A stretch of DNA of 64,000 nt from Escherichia phage vB_EcoM_EC001. This document shows, in pieces, positions 1-9,808 of the stretch. Location of the stretch: sequence record MN445185.1; one strand, written 5' to 3'. The notes below the pieces were generated by a model. It was given only the letters and a program-made list of their open reading frames with translations, made no database searches and was not told where the DNA came from. Positions within the stretch are counted from its first letter, which is position 1; each line of letters opens with the position of its first letter. Position numbers and translations under genes: made by a program.

Positions 1-1
1 C

Positions 2-643
2 GATCGCTATAACCCACGCTGGACATTCTATCTCAATGCCAGTCACCCGGATACTGGGTCACGTCTGGAACTCTTTAAAGAGATTTACGACTTCACGATT
101 CGTATCTGGCTTCCCCACGAATTGAATGCTACCCAGGTAGAAATCTGCCGTGCTCTAGGCGAGTATGCACCACGCAAGTCTAAGCTACTGATTACTAACT
201 ATCAGGGTGAGAAAGAGTGGACGAAGAACCAGTTCTACGTCGGCATGGTAGAGACTCTGCGCCTGGATAAAACCGGTCGTGAGTTCTCCAGTATCTCGTC
301 GATGTACACGAACTATTTGGGTTGTATTGATGCATCCAACCAAGGACGTGGTTCATATCCGATTAACCTGAAAGGGTTGAAGTGGGGTGGTCCTTCCGAG
401 CAGCGTCTTACCGACGGCTTTGGTCCGGGCAACTTCCCCGAAACTCATGACCGCGCTAATAACCCTGCGGTACACCGTGCGATCGTAACGGGGTTGTATA
501 ACTCGCCAACACCAACCAATCCGGGGGTGCTGGTCGATCGTAAGAAACTGCCAATGGGAGATTCGCAGATTGACAGGATGATACGTAACATCCATCGCTG
601 TGAAGGTTTTGAATTAGTGCGTCCAATTCGGGAGGATAAATAA
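2..643 (+). CDS. hypothetical protein, 5'-truncated by window edge
   Basis: Frame open from nt 2 to TAA 641-643 with no stop; stop overlaps next start (TAATG). Confidence 0.6.
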   Translation, partial: DRYNPRWTFYLNASHPDTGSRLELFKEIYDFTIRIWLPHELNATQVEICRALGEYAPRKSKLLITNYQGEKEWTKNQFYVGMVETLRLDKTGREFSSISSMYTNYLGCIDASNQGRGSYPINLKGLKWGGPSEQRLTDGFGPGNFPETHDRANNPAVHRAIVTGLYNSPTPTNPGVLVDRKKLPMGDSQIDRMIRNIHRCEGFELVRPIREDK

Positions 644-2748
644 TGGCGGGTCGTTCTGTACACGTGCGTGATTTGCGTATGCTTAACTCTGATCAGGTGT
701 GGAAACTACGCGGGCGTTATTACGTGACATTCGACGATGGTAAGTCGTTGGAAATGTCTAGTCGCCACATCAAACTCAGCTGGCCGTATTGGGGTGTGTC
801 GCGTCTGTATCCGCAGGTGCCCACTCCATCGACCATGGCGTATCGTCCAGGTCAGGTAGCAACAGATGACCTGCATCTGGACTTTATGTCGGAAGCAGCG
901 GTACTGGCCCGTAAAGCAGGTGTCGACCTTGCTGAAACGCGTTATATCCTGAGTCAACATGTCTACGCCGATGCGTTCAACATGACAGTGAAGAACCTGC
1001 TGTCCTATTGCACGACAATCGACTTTGATACGATGATGGAGATCTACGACCATCCGAACTTCGAACTCATCCGTCAGTGGGAAGTGCAATATCCTACTGG
1101 CTACGATGAAGATGGTCGGGATATGGTTGAAGAAGCGTACAAGCTTATCGAGAAAATCTTCAAAGACCCTGCGCTACGGTATAACCCGGTCGTGATGTCG
1201 GTACTGGATGGTACTGTGAAGATGAACCAGGTACTGCAAGCCTTCGTGCGTGGTAAAACGTCAGAAATTGACTCACGTGTATACACCAATCAGGTGTGGG
1301 AAGGCTTCTTTACCGGAATGCATTCGGTTATTTCGCGTTTGAAAGAATCTGGTGCAACTTCACGTTCCCACTTGTACAACACTGACAAGATTGCCGAAGC
1401 AGAATACGCCTCACGTAAACTGCAGCTGGCAGCAAACGTACTGATGTATTTCACGTACGACGACTGCGGTACAACTCACGCACACCGCTACACGTTTAAG
1501 GATACGCAGCTGGATGAGCGTGCCTATAAAGCGATGGTGGGGATGCGTTATCGTTTAGAAGGTGATAATGGTCCGTGGTTGAGATTTGAGAAAGGTGGAT
1601 ACGCAGACCTGGTTGGCAAACCGCTGGTCTTCCGTAGTGCCATGACCTGTAAAGAGATGGCGAATCAGTCCATCTGTGCGACCTGTATGGGGGATTTGAT
1701 TTATAACCTCTCTGAAGGTACGTCACCAGGTCATCTGGCATCCACGTCCATCTCGGAAAAGGGTACACAGGGAATTCTCTCTACCAAGCACCTTGACTTC
1801 TTGCGTTATCTGCTCAACCTGGTACTCACCCCACGTATGCGTGAGTATATGACCGAATACAAACATAACTCTCTGAAAGGGTTGTGCTTGCTGCCAAAAC
1901 CACAGCGTGGGAATTGGTCAGAATACGAGTTGGTTGTTACCGACAAAGTTTATTCGGAGCTGAGCCAGATTGCGTATCATGAAGATCTCGATGCAATTGA
2001 TGAAACGGCATTACCAGAAATCACCGACTTAACTTTCCAACGTCGTTTAGAAGATGGGCAGATAATCGCTGCGGATTCTATCGATGTGCGAATGGGTGTT
2101 TGTGGGAACTTCTCTAAACCGTTCCTGCACTACTTCTTGAAACAACGAGCGAACATTCGTATCGAGAAGAAGACGGTTCAGATTCCTTTGAAAGGATGGA
2201 ACCCGAAACACCCGGTCCTGGTCTACACCAACCGTTCTGAATCGATGGCGGAGTTCGTAGCCGGCTTAGAAACCAAGCTCCGTTCGATTGCTGCCGATAA
2301 GAACGAAGACATTGTGGAAATCATCAACACAGCCTCGACTGTGAAGCTGAACAAGAAACAAGGTCGTGTGAAACCGGTGACGTTGGTTGAAATGGGTGGT
2401 GCTACAGAGAAACAGTGTACTTATGCGTTGATGGACACGTTTAAGTATATCCAGCGTAAGCTGAGTGGTATACCGATGACGCACATTGCGATTATGTTGG
2501 CGATATCTCGTGTAGAGTCGCCAACCAATCCGTTCCCGGCAGTAGGATTTGACAGTGAGGATTCTACTAATGCCACCGGGAAACGGTTTGTCGATCACAA
2601 CACGCTCATTAGTTTGCGCTCGGCAATTCCGATGTTGTTGTTTGAAGGACAGCAGGGGAATATCGATCGCGTTGGTTTTTATACCGAGTACAAAATCCCG
2701 GCATCGTTGTACGATGACCTAGGAGCCGCTGTGGTAATTGAGTTGTAA
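643..2748 (+). CDS. hypothetical protein (701 aa)
   Basis: Long ORF, GGAGGA SD at 631-636, translationally coupled to upstream ORF, followed by intrinsic terminator; no motif recognised. Confidence 0.8.
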   Translation: MAGRSVHVRDLRMLNSDQVWKLRGRYYVTFDDGKSLEMSSRHIKLSWPYWGVSRLYPQVPTPSTMAYRPGQVATDDLHLDFMSEAAVLARKAGVDLAETRYILSQHVYADAFNMTVKNLLSYCTTIDFDTMMEIYDHPNFELIRQWEVQYPTGYDEDGRDMVEEAYKLIEKIFKDPALRYNPVVMSVLDGTVKMNQVLQAFVRGKTSEIDSRVYTNQVWEGFFTGMHSVISRLKESGATSRSHLYNTDKIAEAEYASRKLQLAANVLMYFTYDDCGTTHAHRYTFKDTQLDERAYKAMVGMRYRLEGDNGPWLRFEKGGYADLVGKPLVFRSAMTCKEMANQSICATCMGDLIYNLSEGTSPGHLASTSISEKGTQGILSTKHLDFLRYLLNLVLTPRMREYMTEYKHNSLKGLCLLPKPQRGNWSEYELVVTDKVYSELSQIAYHEDLDAIDETALPEITDLTFQRRLEDGQIIAADSIDVRMGVCGNFSKPFLHYFLKQRANIRIEKKTVQIPLKGWNPKHPVLVYTNRSESMAEFVAGLETKLRSIAADKNEDIVEIINTASTVKLNKKQGRVKPVTLVEMGGATEKQCTYALMDTFKYIQRKLSGIPMTHIAIMLAISRVESPTNPFPAVGFDSEDSTNATGKRFVDHNTLISLRSAIPMLLFEGQQGNIDRVGFYTEYKIPASLYDDLGAAVVIEL

Positions 2749-2751
2749 ACC

Positions 2752-2777
2752 GAGGGGCCTTGCGCCCCTCTTTTTTT
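2752..2777 (+). terminator. rho-independent terminator
   Basis: GC stem GAGGGGC/GCCCCTC followed by T7 run, directly after stop 2746-2748. Confidence 0.8.
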
Positions 2778-2794
2778 GTGCGAAGAGGGGCAGC

Positions 2795-5539
2795 ATGGTA
2801 GAAATTCAAATGACTTACACGAGTATGGGGGTACGGGTTGAAGTCCCTATCCGCCAGGCTGAAAGGGCCATACTCGCGTGGGCCGAAGAGAATATGCACG
2901 CCCCAAAGATGGGCAAGCAACATGGACGAATAACTACGGAACGCGGTGACGCGTACTACGCCCACATTCCGTCTTTAAGGACGTTCATTTTCCATAAAGT
3001 GTTCGCTGAGAAGATTAAACATATCCTCCAACGAGCAGCAATTGAATATGCTTTTCAGTACAAGCTTACAGAGCACCATCCTGAGCGAGGAACACCTTAC
3101 TGCTGTACATTTGATAACTACGGCTTCTCGATGGTAGAAAGCGATCCGGAGTCGCGTTTCTACTATCAGAACGAGGTTGTGGATGCAGCGTCCGATCCAA
3201 ACCGACCACAGACAATCTTTGCCATTCAGACAGGGAGAGGAAAATGCTGTGCTCATGGTACGCGTGTGCGTGTACCGGGTGGTTGGAAGAACATTGAGGA
3301 TATACAGCTAGGTGATTACGTTACGGGGCGTGACGGAAAACCAGCAATGGTCTCTGGAGTGTTCCCACAGGGTGTGGTTGACCTGTATCAGGTGACGTTT
3401 TGGGATGGTAGGAGTGTTGACGTATGTGGCGAGCACTTGTGGCAAAGCTACTACGTTAATACCACCGAGAATCGTCGCTGGGGTGTACGTGATACCCTAG
3501 AGATGAAACGTTTAATTTCGATGCCTAATCCACGGGTATACATCCCATTACCAGAACCAGAGGAAATGCCAGCTAAGGATTTTGTCATTCATCCGTATTT
3601 ACTCGGTATCCTCTTGGGTGATGGCTCCCTATCGATGCCTGGTGTTTTATACACCAAAGGCGATGTGGAGATTCGTGACCGTGTTGCTGAGGTCATGCCC
3701 GCTGGACATGCAATCCATGATTCATCGTACAGCGATGGGATAACGAAGTGCATCTCTTGTCCCGGCGGTGTTAACCTTGTCCGCAGAGAGCTTGAGCGGT
3801 TAGGGTTAATTGGCTGCAGGTCTTGGGAAAAGTTCATACCTGGAGATTACTTCGAAACGTCCATCGAACAACGGTGGGAGTTGTTGCGTGGCTTGATGGA
3901 TACTGACGGTACTGTGGATAAGGATGGTGGTACGCCTTCTTTCTGTTCCACCAGTAAAGAATTGGCTTTAGGTGTTCAGGAACTTGTGCGGTCTTTAGGA
4001 GGGATTGCAACACTACGCGAGAAACGTCCGTTCTTCACACACAACGGCGAACGTCGTGAAGGTCGTTTGGCTTATAACGTCTCCATCCGCCACAAAACAC
4101 CATCGAAACTGTTCCACCTTCCAAGGAAGAAAGAACTGTGTCGTGATAACGGACAATACACCGATATACTGAAACTCCGTGTTAAGTCTATCGAACCCAT
4201 TGGTCGTGATCTTGCCACGTGTATTCGTGTCGAGAACGACGATGCGTTGTTTGTGGTGGACAAGTGGATCGTTACGCACAACACCAAGACCTGTATGAAG
4301 TCGATGGTTAAACGGGGAACCCGTACCGCATTGATTCACCGTCCGTCGTACGTTCCCAAATGGCTGTTTGACGTCTGTGATGATGAAACAGGACTTCGTA
4401 TACTTCGTGACGAGGTGTTAGTTTGTACAGGCGTACAGGCGATTTACGACGCGCTGGAGATGGGTAAGTCGGGAGAGCTAGATAGTCGTGGTATTAAGGT
4501 AATAATCCTCCCCACGGTCTCTCTACAGCGTTTCCTGAAGGAGTACATTAACACTGCTGCGACTAACCCTGTGGACCTGGATACGTTTTATGATGTTCTG
4601 GGTGTGGGTCTGGTGGCGATGGATGAGGTGCACGAGCATTTTCACCTCGTTTACATGGCTGGTATAATGTTGAACCCTCCGGCATCGATAGAGATGTCTG
4701 CAACCCTTAAGCCGGGTAGCAGTAAAGCCTTTATCGCGGAGCGGTATTTAGAACGTTTCCCAATGGAGTACCGAATCAGTATTCCAATCATTCCGGTGGT
4801 TGACGTGAAGGCGTTGTACTATCGACTGGATGATAAGAAGTTTGCGTGGTGGGCGTCGAAGATGACGCCGTATAACCACAAGCTCTTCGAAGGGAAGCTG
4901 ATTAAAGAGAACTTGCATTTAGAATACGCGAACATGATCTGGGATGTGGTTGAGAAATCGTTCCTTAAACGGTATCAACCTGGCCAAAAATGTTTGATAC
5001 TCTTTGCTACGGTAGCGATGTGTGAGTTCTTTACCGAGTATGTGAAAGATAAGTTATCGCGTGACCCTGTATTCCATCCGTTGATGGTGGCGAAATATAA
5101 TGCAGGCGATTCGTATGACGACTTTATCCAAGCAGACTTCTCTATCTCCACACCGGGGAAAGCGGGGACTGCGGTCGATAAACCTGGGTTGGTACACATG
5201 TACATTTCAACCCCGGTAGAAGACCAGCAACTGAACGAACAGATGGCCGGTCGTCCACGTAAGATTCTCCACAACGAATGGGGTGAAATAGACCCAACGG
5301 TGTGGTTATTCCATGCGTATAACGTACCGAAGCATTGCAATTACCTGAATGCCCGCCAGAAATCACTCAAGGATGTCGTATTGTCGTTCCGTATCGCGAC
5401 ATCCCCCTACGTTGTAAGGAAATCACATGCTCACTCCGCCGCGTCCAGCAGAGCCGCTGCCACCCTACATCGGAATGACTTTAGCAAGTTTTCTCGAAAA
5501 CGTTCTAAAGGCGTATCCCGGCGTAGAAGACGTCGCTAA
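2795..5539 (+). CDS. SF2 DExH-box helicase interrupted by an intein (914 codons, about 568 aa after splicing)
   Basis: Motif I AIQTGRGK|T restored after intein removal, motif II VAMDEVHE, motif III MSATL, motif VI QMAGRPRK; ATG 2795 with GAGGGG SD; the track start 2738 is a TTG inside the upstream gene. Confidence 0.75.
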   Translation: MVEIQMTYTSMGVRVEVPIRQAERAILAWAEENMHAPKMGKQHGRITTERGDAYYAHIPSLRTFIFHKVFAEKIKHILQRAAIEYAFQYKLTEHHPERGTPYCCTFDNYGFSMVESDPESRFYYQNEVVDAASDPNRPQTIFAIQTGRGKCCAHGTRVRVPGGWKNIEDIQLGDYVTGRDGKPAMVSGVFPQGVVDLYQVTFWDGRSVDVCGEHLWQSYYVNTTENRRWGVRDTLEMKRLISMPNPRVYIPLPEPEEMPAKDFVIHPYLLGILLGDGSLSMPGVLYTKGDVEIRDRVAEVMPAGHAIHDSSYSDGITKCISCPGGVNLVRRELERLGLIGCRSWEKFIPGDYFETSIEQRWELLRGLMDTDGTVDKDGGTPSFCSTSKELALGVQELVRSLGGIATLREKRPFFTHNGERREGRLAYNVSIRHKTPSKLFHLPRKKELCRDNGQYTDILKLRVKSIEPIGRDLATCIRVENDDALFVVDKWIVTHNTKTCMKSMVKRGTRTALIHRPSYVPKWLFDVCDDETGLRILRDEVLVCTGVQAIYDALEMGKSGELDSRGIKVIILPTVSLQRFLKEYINTAATNPVDLDTFYDVLGVGLVAMDEVHEHFHLVYMAGIMLNPPASIEMSATLKPGSSKAFIAERYLERFPMEYRISIPIIPVVDVKALYYRLDDKKFAWWASKMTPYNHKLFEGKLIKENLHLEYANMIWDVVEKSFLKRYQPGQKCLILFATVAMCEFFTEYVKDKLSRDPVFHPLMVAKYNAGDSYDDFIQADFSISTPGKAGTAVDKPGLVHMYISTPVEDQQLNEQMAGRPRKILHNEWGEIDPTVWLFHAYNVPKHCNYLNARQKSLKDVVLSFRIATSPYVVRKSHAHSAASSRAAATLHRNDFSKFSRKRSKGVSRRRRRR
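3245..4282 (+). mobile_element. intein with LAGLIDADG homing-endonuclease domain (346 aa)
   Basis: In-frame insert begins with Cys right after GRGK, ends VTHN followed by Thr; two LAGLIDADG-type motifs LLGILLGDGSL and LLRGLMDTDGTV. Confidence 0.75.
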
Positions 5540-5810
5540 GAAACTCTGCACCGACGCCACTATCAACCAAGCGTTTCATTACTACATGGTCACTGAACAT
5601 TACAGTGGCCTGTTCCTTAACCAACGCGGGTTGACGTATTACGTCACCCGCACGTCAAGTATCCGTAACACTTCGTCGTACGAGCTTTATACGTACGTGT
5701 TGTGGAATGAGAACCCGGCCGGTAGTGTCGATCAGAATCCAAAGATGGCTTATCGTCTTTACTCTGAAAAATGGCACGATTGGGTGACTGTTCCACACGA
5801 TGCAAGTTAA
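5427..5810 (+). CDS. hypothetical protein (127 aa)
   Basis: ATG 5427 with AAGGA SD 6 nt upstream; overlaps helicase 3' end by 113 nt in another frame; alternative start ATG 5475. Confidence 0.55.
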   Translation: MLTPPRPAEPLPPYIGMTLASFLENVLKAYPGVEDVAKKLCTDATINQAFHYYMVTEHYSGLFLNQRGLTYYVTRTSSIRNTSSYELYTYVLWNENPAGSVDQNPKMAYRLYSEKWHDWVTVPHDAS

Positions 5811-5818
5811 TCACGTTT

Positions 5819-5843
5819 TGGGTGTATATTGTGTATACACCCA
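5819..5843. other. perfect 10-bp-stem inverted repeat (TGGGTGTATA/TATACACCCA), loop TTGTG
   Basis: Read directly; intergenic, no U-tract after it. Confidence 0.6.
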
Positions 5844-5870
5844 ACCCCTAATTTCAAAAGGATTATTACG

Positions 5871-6491
5871 ATGAGTCGTCGCAAAAAGAAACCCGCTTAT
5901 AACCCACGTAAAGACGCCCGCGATTTCGTCAAGGCGATGATGCAGTCTGTGTTGAAAAAACAAGCTGTGTTTATCGAAAGTACCGAATTCCTGTCAGGCA
6001 GAATTGATCGGGAGCGTGAAGTAACTGAAGCCATTACGCACGAAGAGCTGAAAGCCTTTACGTTGAAAGCGCTGGATGAAGCACAGGCGGCTTTCCTTGG
6101 CATGTGTCAGCAAGGCAAAGAGCTGTTCGGTAAACTGATTGTTGAGGCAGATGCTAAGGCTGTGCCGGTGTTTGACATGCTGAACGATAACAGCAAAACG
6201 TGGAAAGAAATCAAAGACCAGTTCCACGTCGACCACACCGAACTGTCCCTGATTGACCAGCGGGCAAACATGCTTGCGATGGATATTCAGGGCACCAGTA
6301 TCGAAATCTTCTCCACGTATAACGCGAAAGTGAAGTTCGTGAAGCAGGCGCTGAATAACGGGCATACCGTGGAACAAGCCGAAGTTCTGTTGGCTGAAGC
6401 TCTGGCTAATAATTCGAAGGAACTCCCTAAAAACGCCATCGTCGATCACAACGACGTTGTAGTAGAAACCGAGGAAGCGGCACATGTCTGA
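5871..6491 (+). CDS. hypothetical protein (206 aa)
   Basis: ATG 5871 preceded by AAAGGA; the track start 5829 is a TTG inside the palindrome. Confidence 0.7.
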   Translation: MSRRKKKPAYNPRKDARDFVKAMMQSVLKKQAVFIESTEFLSGRIDREREVTEAITHEELKAFTLKALDEAQAAFLGMCQQGKELFGKLIVEADAKAVPVFDMLNDNSKTWKEIKDQFHVDHTELSLIDQRANMLAMDIQGTSIEIFSTYNAKVKFVKQALNNGHTVEQAEVLLAEALANNSKELPKNAIVDHNDVVVETEEAAHV

Positions 6492-8454
6492 GATCCAAGA
6501 TCAGCGTCCGGGTAATGCCCGTCGCCCTAATCCCGACCAGCCAGCCCCTGTGGCGGCTGCTACCCAACAAGAGATGATTCTTCCGACCGTGCCTGATGAC
6601 GCGACCTCGGATGCAATCATCATGGCTATTAAACAAGCCAATCCCGATTTTTCTTTTGCCCGTGCAGAAGAAGTTTATCACCAACACTATCATCGTCCGG
6701 AGCCTAAGCTTGAGCGTCCGACGTTTGTAGAAGAGGCGTTGCCTGAACCTGCTGCACCTGTACCACCGGCACCTCAGACTTTTGCTGAACAGGTGCAGGA
6801 GCACCTACATCGTGCCCCGGAACCGGTAGTAGAGAAAGCGCCTACGGTAGAACCTGCTCCGCAGCCAAAAGCTCCGGAAGCGGTTGCACCGGCACAGCCG
6901 GCTGTAAAAGAAATGGAAGATGCAGCACCGAAGGTTCCGGAACAACAACAGATGCGTGAGATTGACTTCGGTAATACCCATTTAGCTGAAACCGCCGAAA
7001 TGGGTGAAGATGAAGCCGATCGTATTCTGACACAGTCGAAGATGTTGATTGGTCTGAAACAAGACCCTAACATCATTGCAGACTCCCTGCAAAAGTTCCT
7101 CGGTAATATTAAACGTTCACCGAAAGACGGCCGGCTGCTATTCGAAAGCCCTGAACAGCAACAGGTTTACGACGACATCTATCGTGCTTTGAACATGACC
7201 CCGCCACGTCTACAGGACGGCGTACCGGCATTCGCGGGTGCACTGGACCGTGGTGATACCGCTTGGGAACAGCGTGTGATGTTGCCGGACGGCAAGGCAT
7301 CTGGTGCTATTGCACCGCGTGACAATATGCACACTGGCGCGCTGGCTGCCTTACGTCGTGTACGTAAGTCGGGTATTCCGAACATGGTTTGGTTGCCGGC
7401 CACAGGTATCTACGTGGGCTTCCGCGCACCGCACGAACGTGACCTTTGTGACTTCGACATGCGTCTAACGCTGGAAACTGCGACCATCGGTATGCAGACC
7501 TACGGATTGATGCTGTCGTCGTCTTCTGGCGTGTACATGCGCCACATGGTTGAATTCGCACTTCAGTTTGTTACCGAAGCAACCATCGATTGTGCGGGTA
7601 ACGATCTGCGTACGGTGCTGTTGGATACCATTGATCTGGCTGACTACTGGCTGGTTATTCTGGGTCCGTTGCAGGCGAAGTGGCCGTCTGGTATTCCATG
7701 GACGCTGATGTGTGGCGAAGACGGTTGCAACCAGCAGGAAGATGTGAAGCTGAACATCGCGCGTTGTATCCGTTTCGGTTCCGGACTGTTTAGCGACCTG
7801 CAGAAACAACTGTGGGCACGTCAACGCGGTACTGAGCGTCCAGTGATTTCTATTGCAGAACAGCGCGAATATATCGCGGCGCATCAGGTTGATCCGTCCT
7901 CGGTATTTGAATACCACGACGTGCGTGTTGAATTTGGCCGTTCCACCCTGGGTAGCTTCTTTGACTCCACCGAGAAGTGGATTGAAGACGTTAACGCGTC
8001 AACTACGGCAGCGCTGTCTGAATTTGCTACCGAGCGTGAACGTGAATCCCATATGCGTTTAACTGCGGAAGCCCGTCGCTTAACGCGTTACGCTCACATG
8101 GTGAAGTCTATCACTGTTAATGAGCAACGTGAAGTAAACGGTGAAATGCAGGTTATCCCACAAACTGAAACCGACACAGCGAAAATCGTTGAGATGCTGG
8201 AAGAGCTGTCTTCCGACCGTATCTACGTTGGTCAGTTTGAAAACGCGATTGCTGAATACAACGAACGTACACGTTTAGCGGTATTCGGTTACATGGGTAA
8301 ACGCTGCCCGGCGTGTGGTAAAACACACGGCGAGAAAGACGGTCTGTATCGCGGTATTGTTACCATCAGTCCGGACAGGGTTTTTTTCGTGCTCTCTCGA
8401 GTGGTGTCCGAGATTCAGAAATTCTTGCTGGATCAATACGCCGATATTGGCTAG
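6484..8454 (+). CDS. hypothetical protein with Pro/Ala-rich N-terminal low-complexity region (656 aa)
   Basis: Long ORF, start overlaps upstream stop (ATGTCTGA); C-terminal CPACGK motif. Confidence 0.8.
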   Translation: MSEIQDQRPGNARRPNPDQPAPVAAATQQEMILPTVPDDATSDAIIMAIKQANPDFSFARAEEVYHQHYHRPEPKLERPTFVEEALPEPAAPVPPAPQTFAEQVQEHLHRAPEPVVEKAPTVEPAPQPKAPEAVAPAQPAVKEMEDAAPKVPEQQQMREIDFGNTHLAETAEMGEDEADRILTQSKMLIGLKQDPNIIADSLQKFLGNIKRSPKDGRLLFESPEQQQVYDDIYRALNMTPPRLQDGVPAFAGALDRGDTAWEQRVMLPDGKASGAIAPRDNMHTGALAALRRVRKSGIPNMVWLPATGIYVGFRAPHERDLCDFDMRLTLETATIGMQTYGLMLSSSSGVYMRHMVEFALQFVTEATIDCAGNDLRTVLLDTIDLADYWLVILGPLQAKWPSGIPWTLMCGEDGCNQQEDVKLNIARCIRFGSGLFSDLQKQLWARQRGTERPVISIAEQREYIAAHQVDPSSVFEYHDVRVEFGRSTLGSFFDSTEKWIEDVNASTTAALSEFATERERESHMRLTAEARRLTRYAHMVKSITVNEQREVNGEMQVIPQTETDTAKIVEMLEELSSDRIYVGQFENAIAEYNERTRLAVFGYMGKRCPACGKTHGEKDGLYRGIVTISPDRVFFVLSRVVSEIQKFLLDQYADIG

Positions 8455-8498
8455 ACCAGGAAGACGTTCCGTCCGAGCAAATCATTACAACGCTCAAG

Positions 8499-8870
8499 AT
8501 GGATACCACCTCTCTCTTCAAGCAGCGTAGCACACGTCCTATTACGTATCAGGAAGCCCATAACGAGCTTCTGGAAGCGTATGACCGTACACTGGCTCTT
8601 AATACCGGCGACCATCAGGTAGGGTTGTCGGATTTTGAAAACCCGGTATACGGTAGTCTTTACGATATCTGGTACGCCACTTACTTACGTGAAGAGGTCG
8701 GTGAAAACTACCGGATGTCGATAGACGAGTTCCTCGACCGTCCCCGCTGGCAGATACTGCTGATGCTCGACAATATCCGTCGTCGCAAAGCGATTATCGC
8801 CAAAGCCGGCGAACAGGTGGCAGGTGAACGTGCGCTAAAGGAGCTGGAGAAAGATCTGACGGGACATTAA
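8499..8870 (+). CDS. hypothetical protein (123 aa)
   Basis: ORF followed by strong terminator; weak SD. Confidence 0.65.
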   Translation: MDTTSLFKQRSTRPITYQEAHNELLEAYDRTLALNTGDHQVGLSDFENPVYGSLYDIWYATYLREEVGENYRMSIDEFLDRPRWQILLMLDNIRRRKAIIAKAGEQVAGERALKELEKDLTGH

Positions 8871-8878
8871 TAGAAATT

Positions 8879-8908
8879 CGGGGCTTCGGCCCCGTTTTCT
8901 TTTTTTTA
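8879..8908 (+). terminator. rho-independent terminator
   Basis: CGGGGC-TTCG-GCCCCG hairpin then T-rich run. Confidence 0.8.
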
Positions 8909-8923
8909 TTCGCCTTGGTATGA

Positions 8924-9808
8924 ATGCCCTTTTCACTATGGAACAGAGCCATGATTGATATTTATACCGACTATGCGGCTGTATTGACAGTCAACCGTCA
9001 CGAAGGTCGTGCAGCACCGATGCTAGATTTAGTGACGCTCGGTATGGATTACGGTTACGATGTGGCGTTATCCGATGTTTATAGCAACCCGTTGTCTGAC
9101 CCCGCGGACGAAACTGTCCGTCTGGAATCCATTATCGTGAAGGTAGCGGTTGGATTAGGCAACCGCCTCGGTATCGGACTTAATCCACAAATCGTCTTCC
9201 AGAAACCGAAAGAAACCGTACGTATCCTTCACGGTGTGTTGGAAGCCTTCGAGGAGTTCGAAGACAGTGATGCCCTTTACGGGATTGTCTCCTCTGGTGA
9301 GACACCAGAGTATATCCTGGAGAACATGTGTCGTTATGTTTACGGTGACGAAAACCTGCACTTCGAAGACCTGATTACTGTTGTCAGCCCACGCGTGCTT
9401 ACCGTGATGGAGAACTTCTTAGCAGCAGAGTCGTTGGAAAGCCAGAAACGAAACGGCGACGACGAGCGTCAACAGCGTATCGTCGCTTACTTGCGGTTGT
9501 TCCCTGAGAACCCGTCAGCGTTTGTCTTTATGAATCTGCCTGCTGAGCCAGACTTAACGGTGGTGCAGCAGTCGTTAGAGTTTCGCGTAGAGGACATTAG
9601 CGAAATTGATTTGCTGACGATGTATGCGGTGGGCTTATCGATTATTCCTCATGCGGAGTTTGATGGGGCTTACGGTGACTTAGAAAAGAACCTTGCCCTG
9701 TTGAACGTCGACAACGTCCCGCCTGGAGAAATCTTGCGGAAAGGATTGGAAGCGTTGAAAGTCATATACGCTAGTGGGGACGCGGAGGTAGATGATGAAC
9801 AAGATTGA
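8924..9808 (+). CDS. hypothetical protein (294 aa)
   Basis: Long ORF; start uncertain (ATG 8924 or 8951), neither with a strong SD. Confidence 0.7.
   Translation: MPFSLWNRAMIDIYTDYAAVLTVNRHEGRAAPMLDLVTLGMDYGYDVALSDVYSNPLSDPADETVRLESIIVKVAVGLGNRLGIGLNPQIVFQKPKETVRILHGVLEAFEEFEDSDALYGIVSSGETPEYILENMCRYVYGDENLHFEDLITVVSPRVLTVMENFLAAESLESQKRNGDDERQQRIVAYLRLFPENPSAFVFMNLPAEPDLTVVQQSLEFRVEDISEIDLLTMYAVGLSIIPHAEFDGAYGDLEKNLALLNVDNVPPGEILRKGLEALKVIYASGDAEVDDEQD

Noticed and set aside
643-2748. Assigning the 701-aa protein (and the truncated upstream ORF) as an RNA polymerase subunit, primase or terminase
   Set aside because: No diagnostic motif (NADFDGD, Walker A, TOPRIM, ligase KxDG) was found; left as hypothetical.
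2738-2794. The ORF-track start (TTG 2738) for the helicase
   Set aside because: It lies inside the upstream gene and spans the terminator hairpin; ATG 2795 with a GAGGGG SD is far more plausible.
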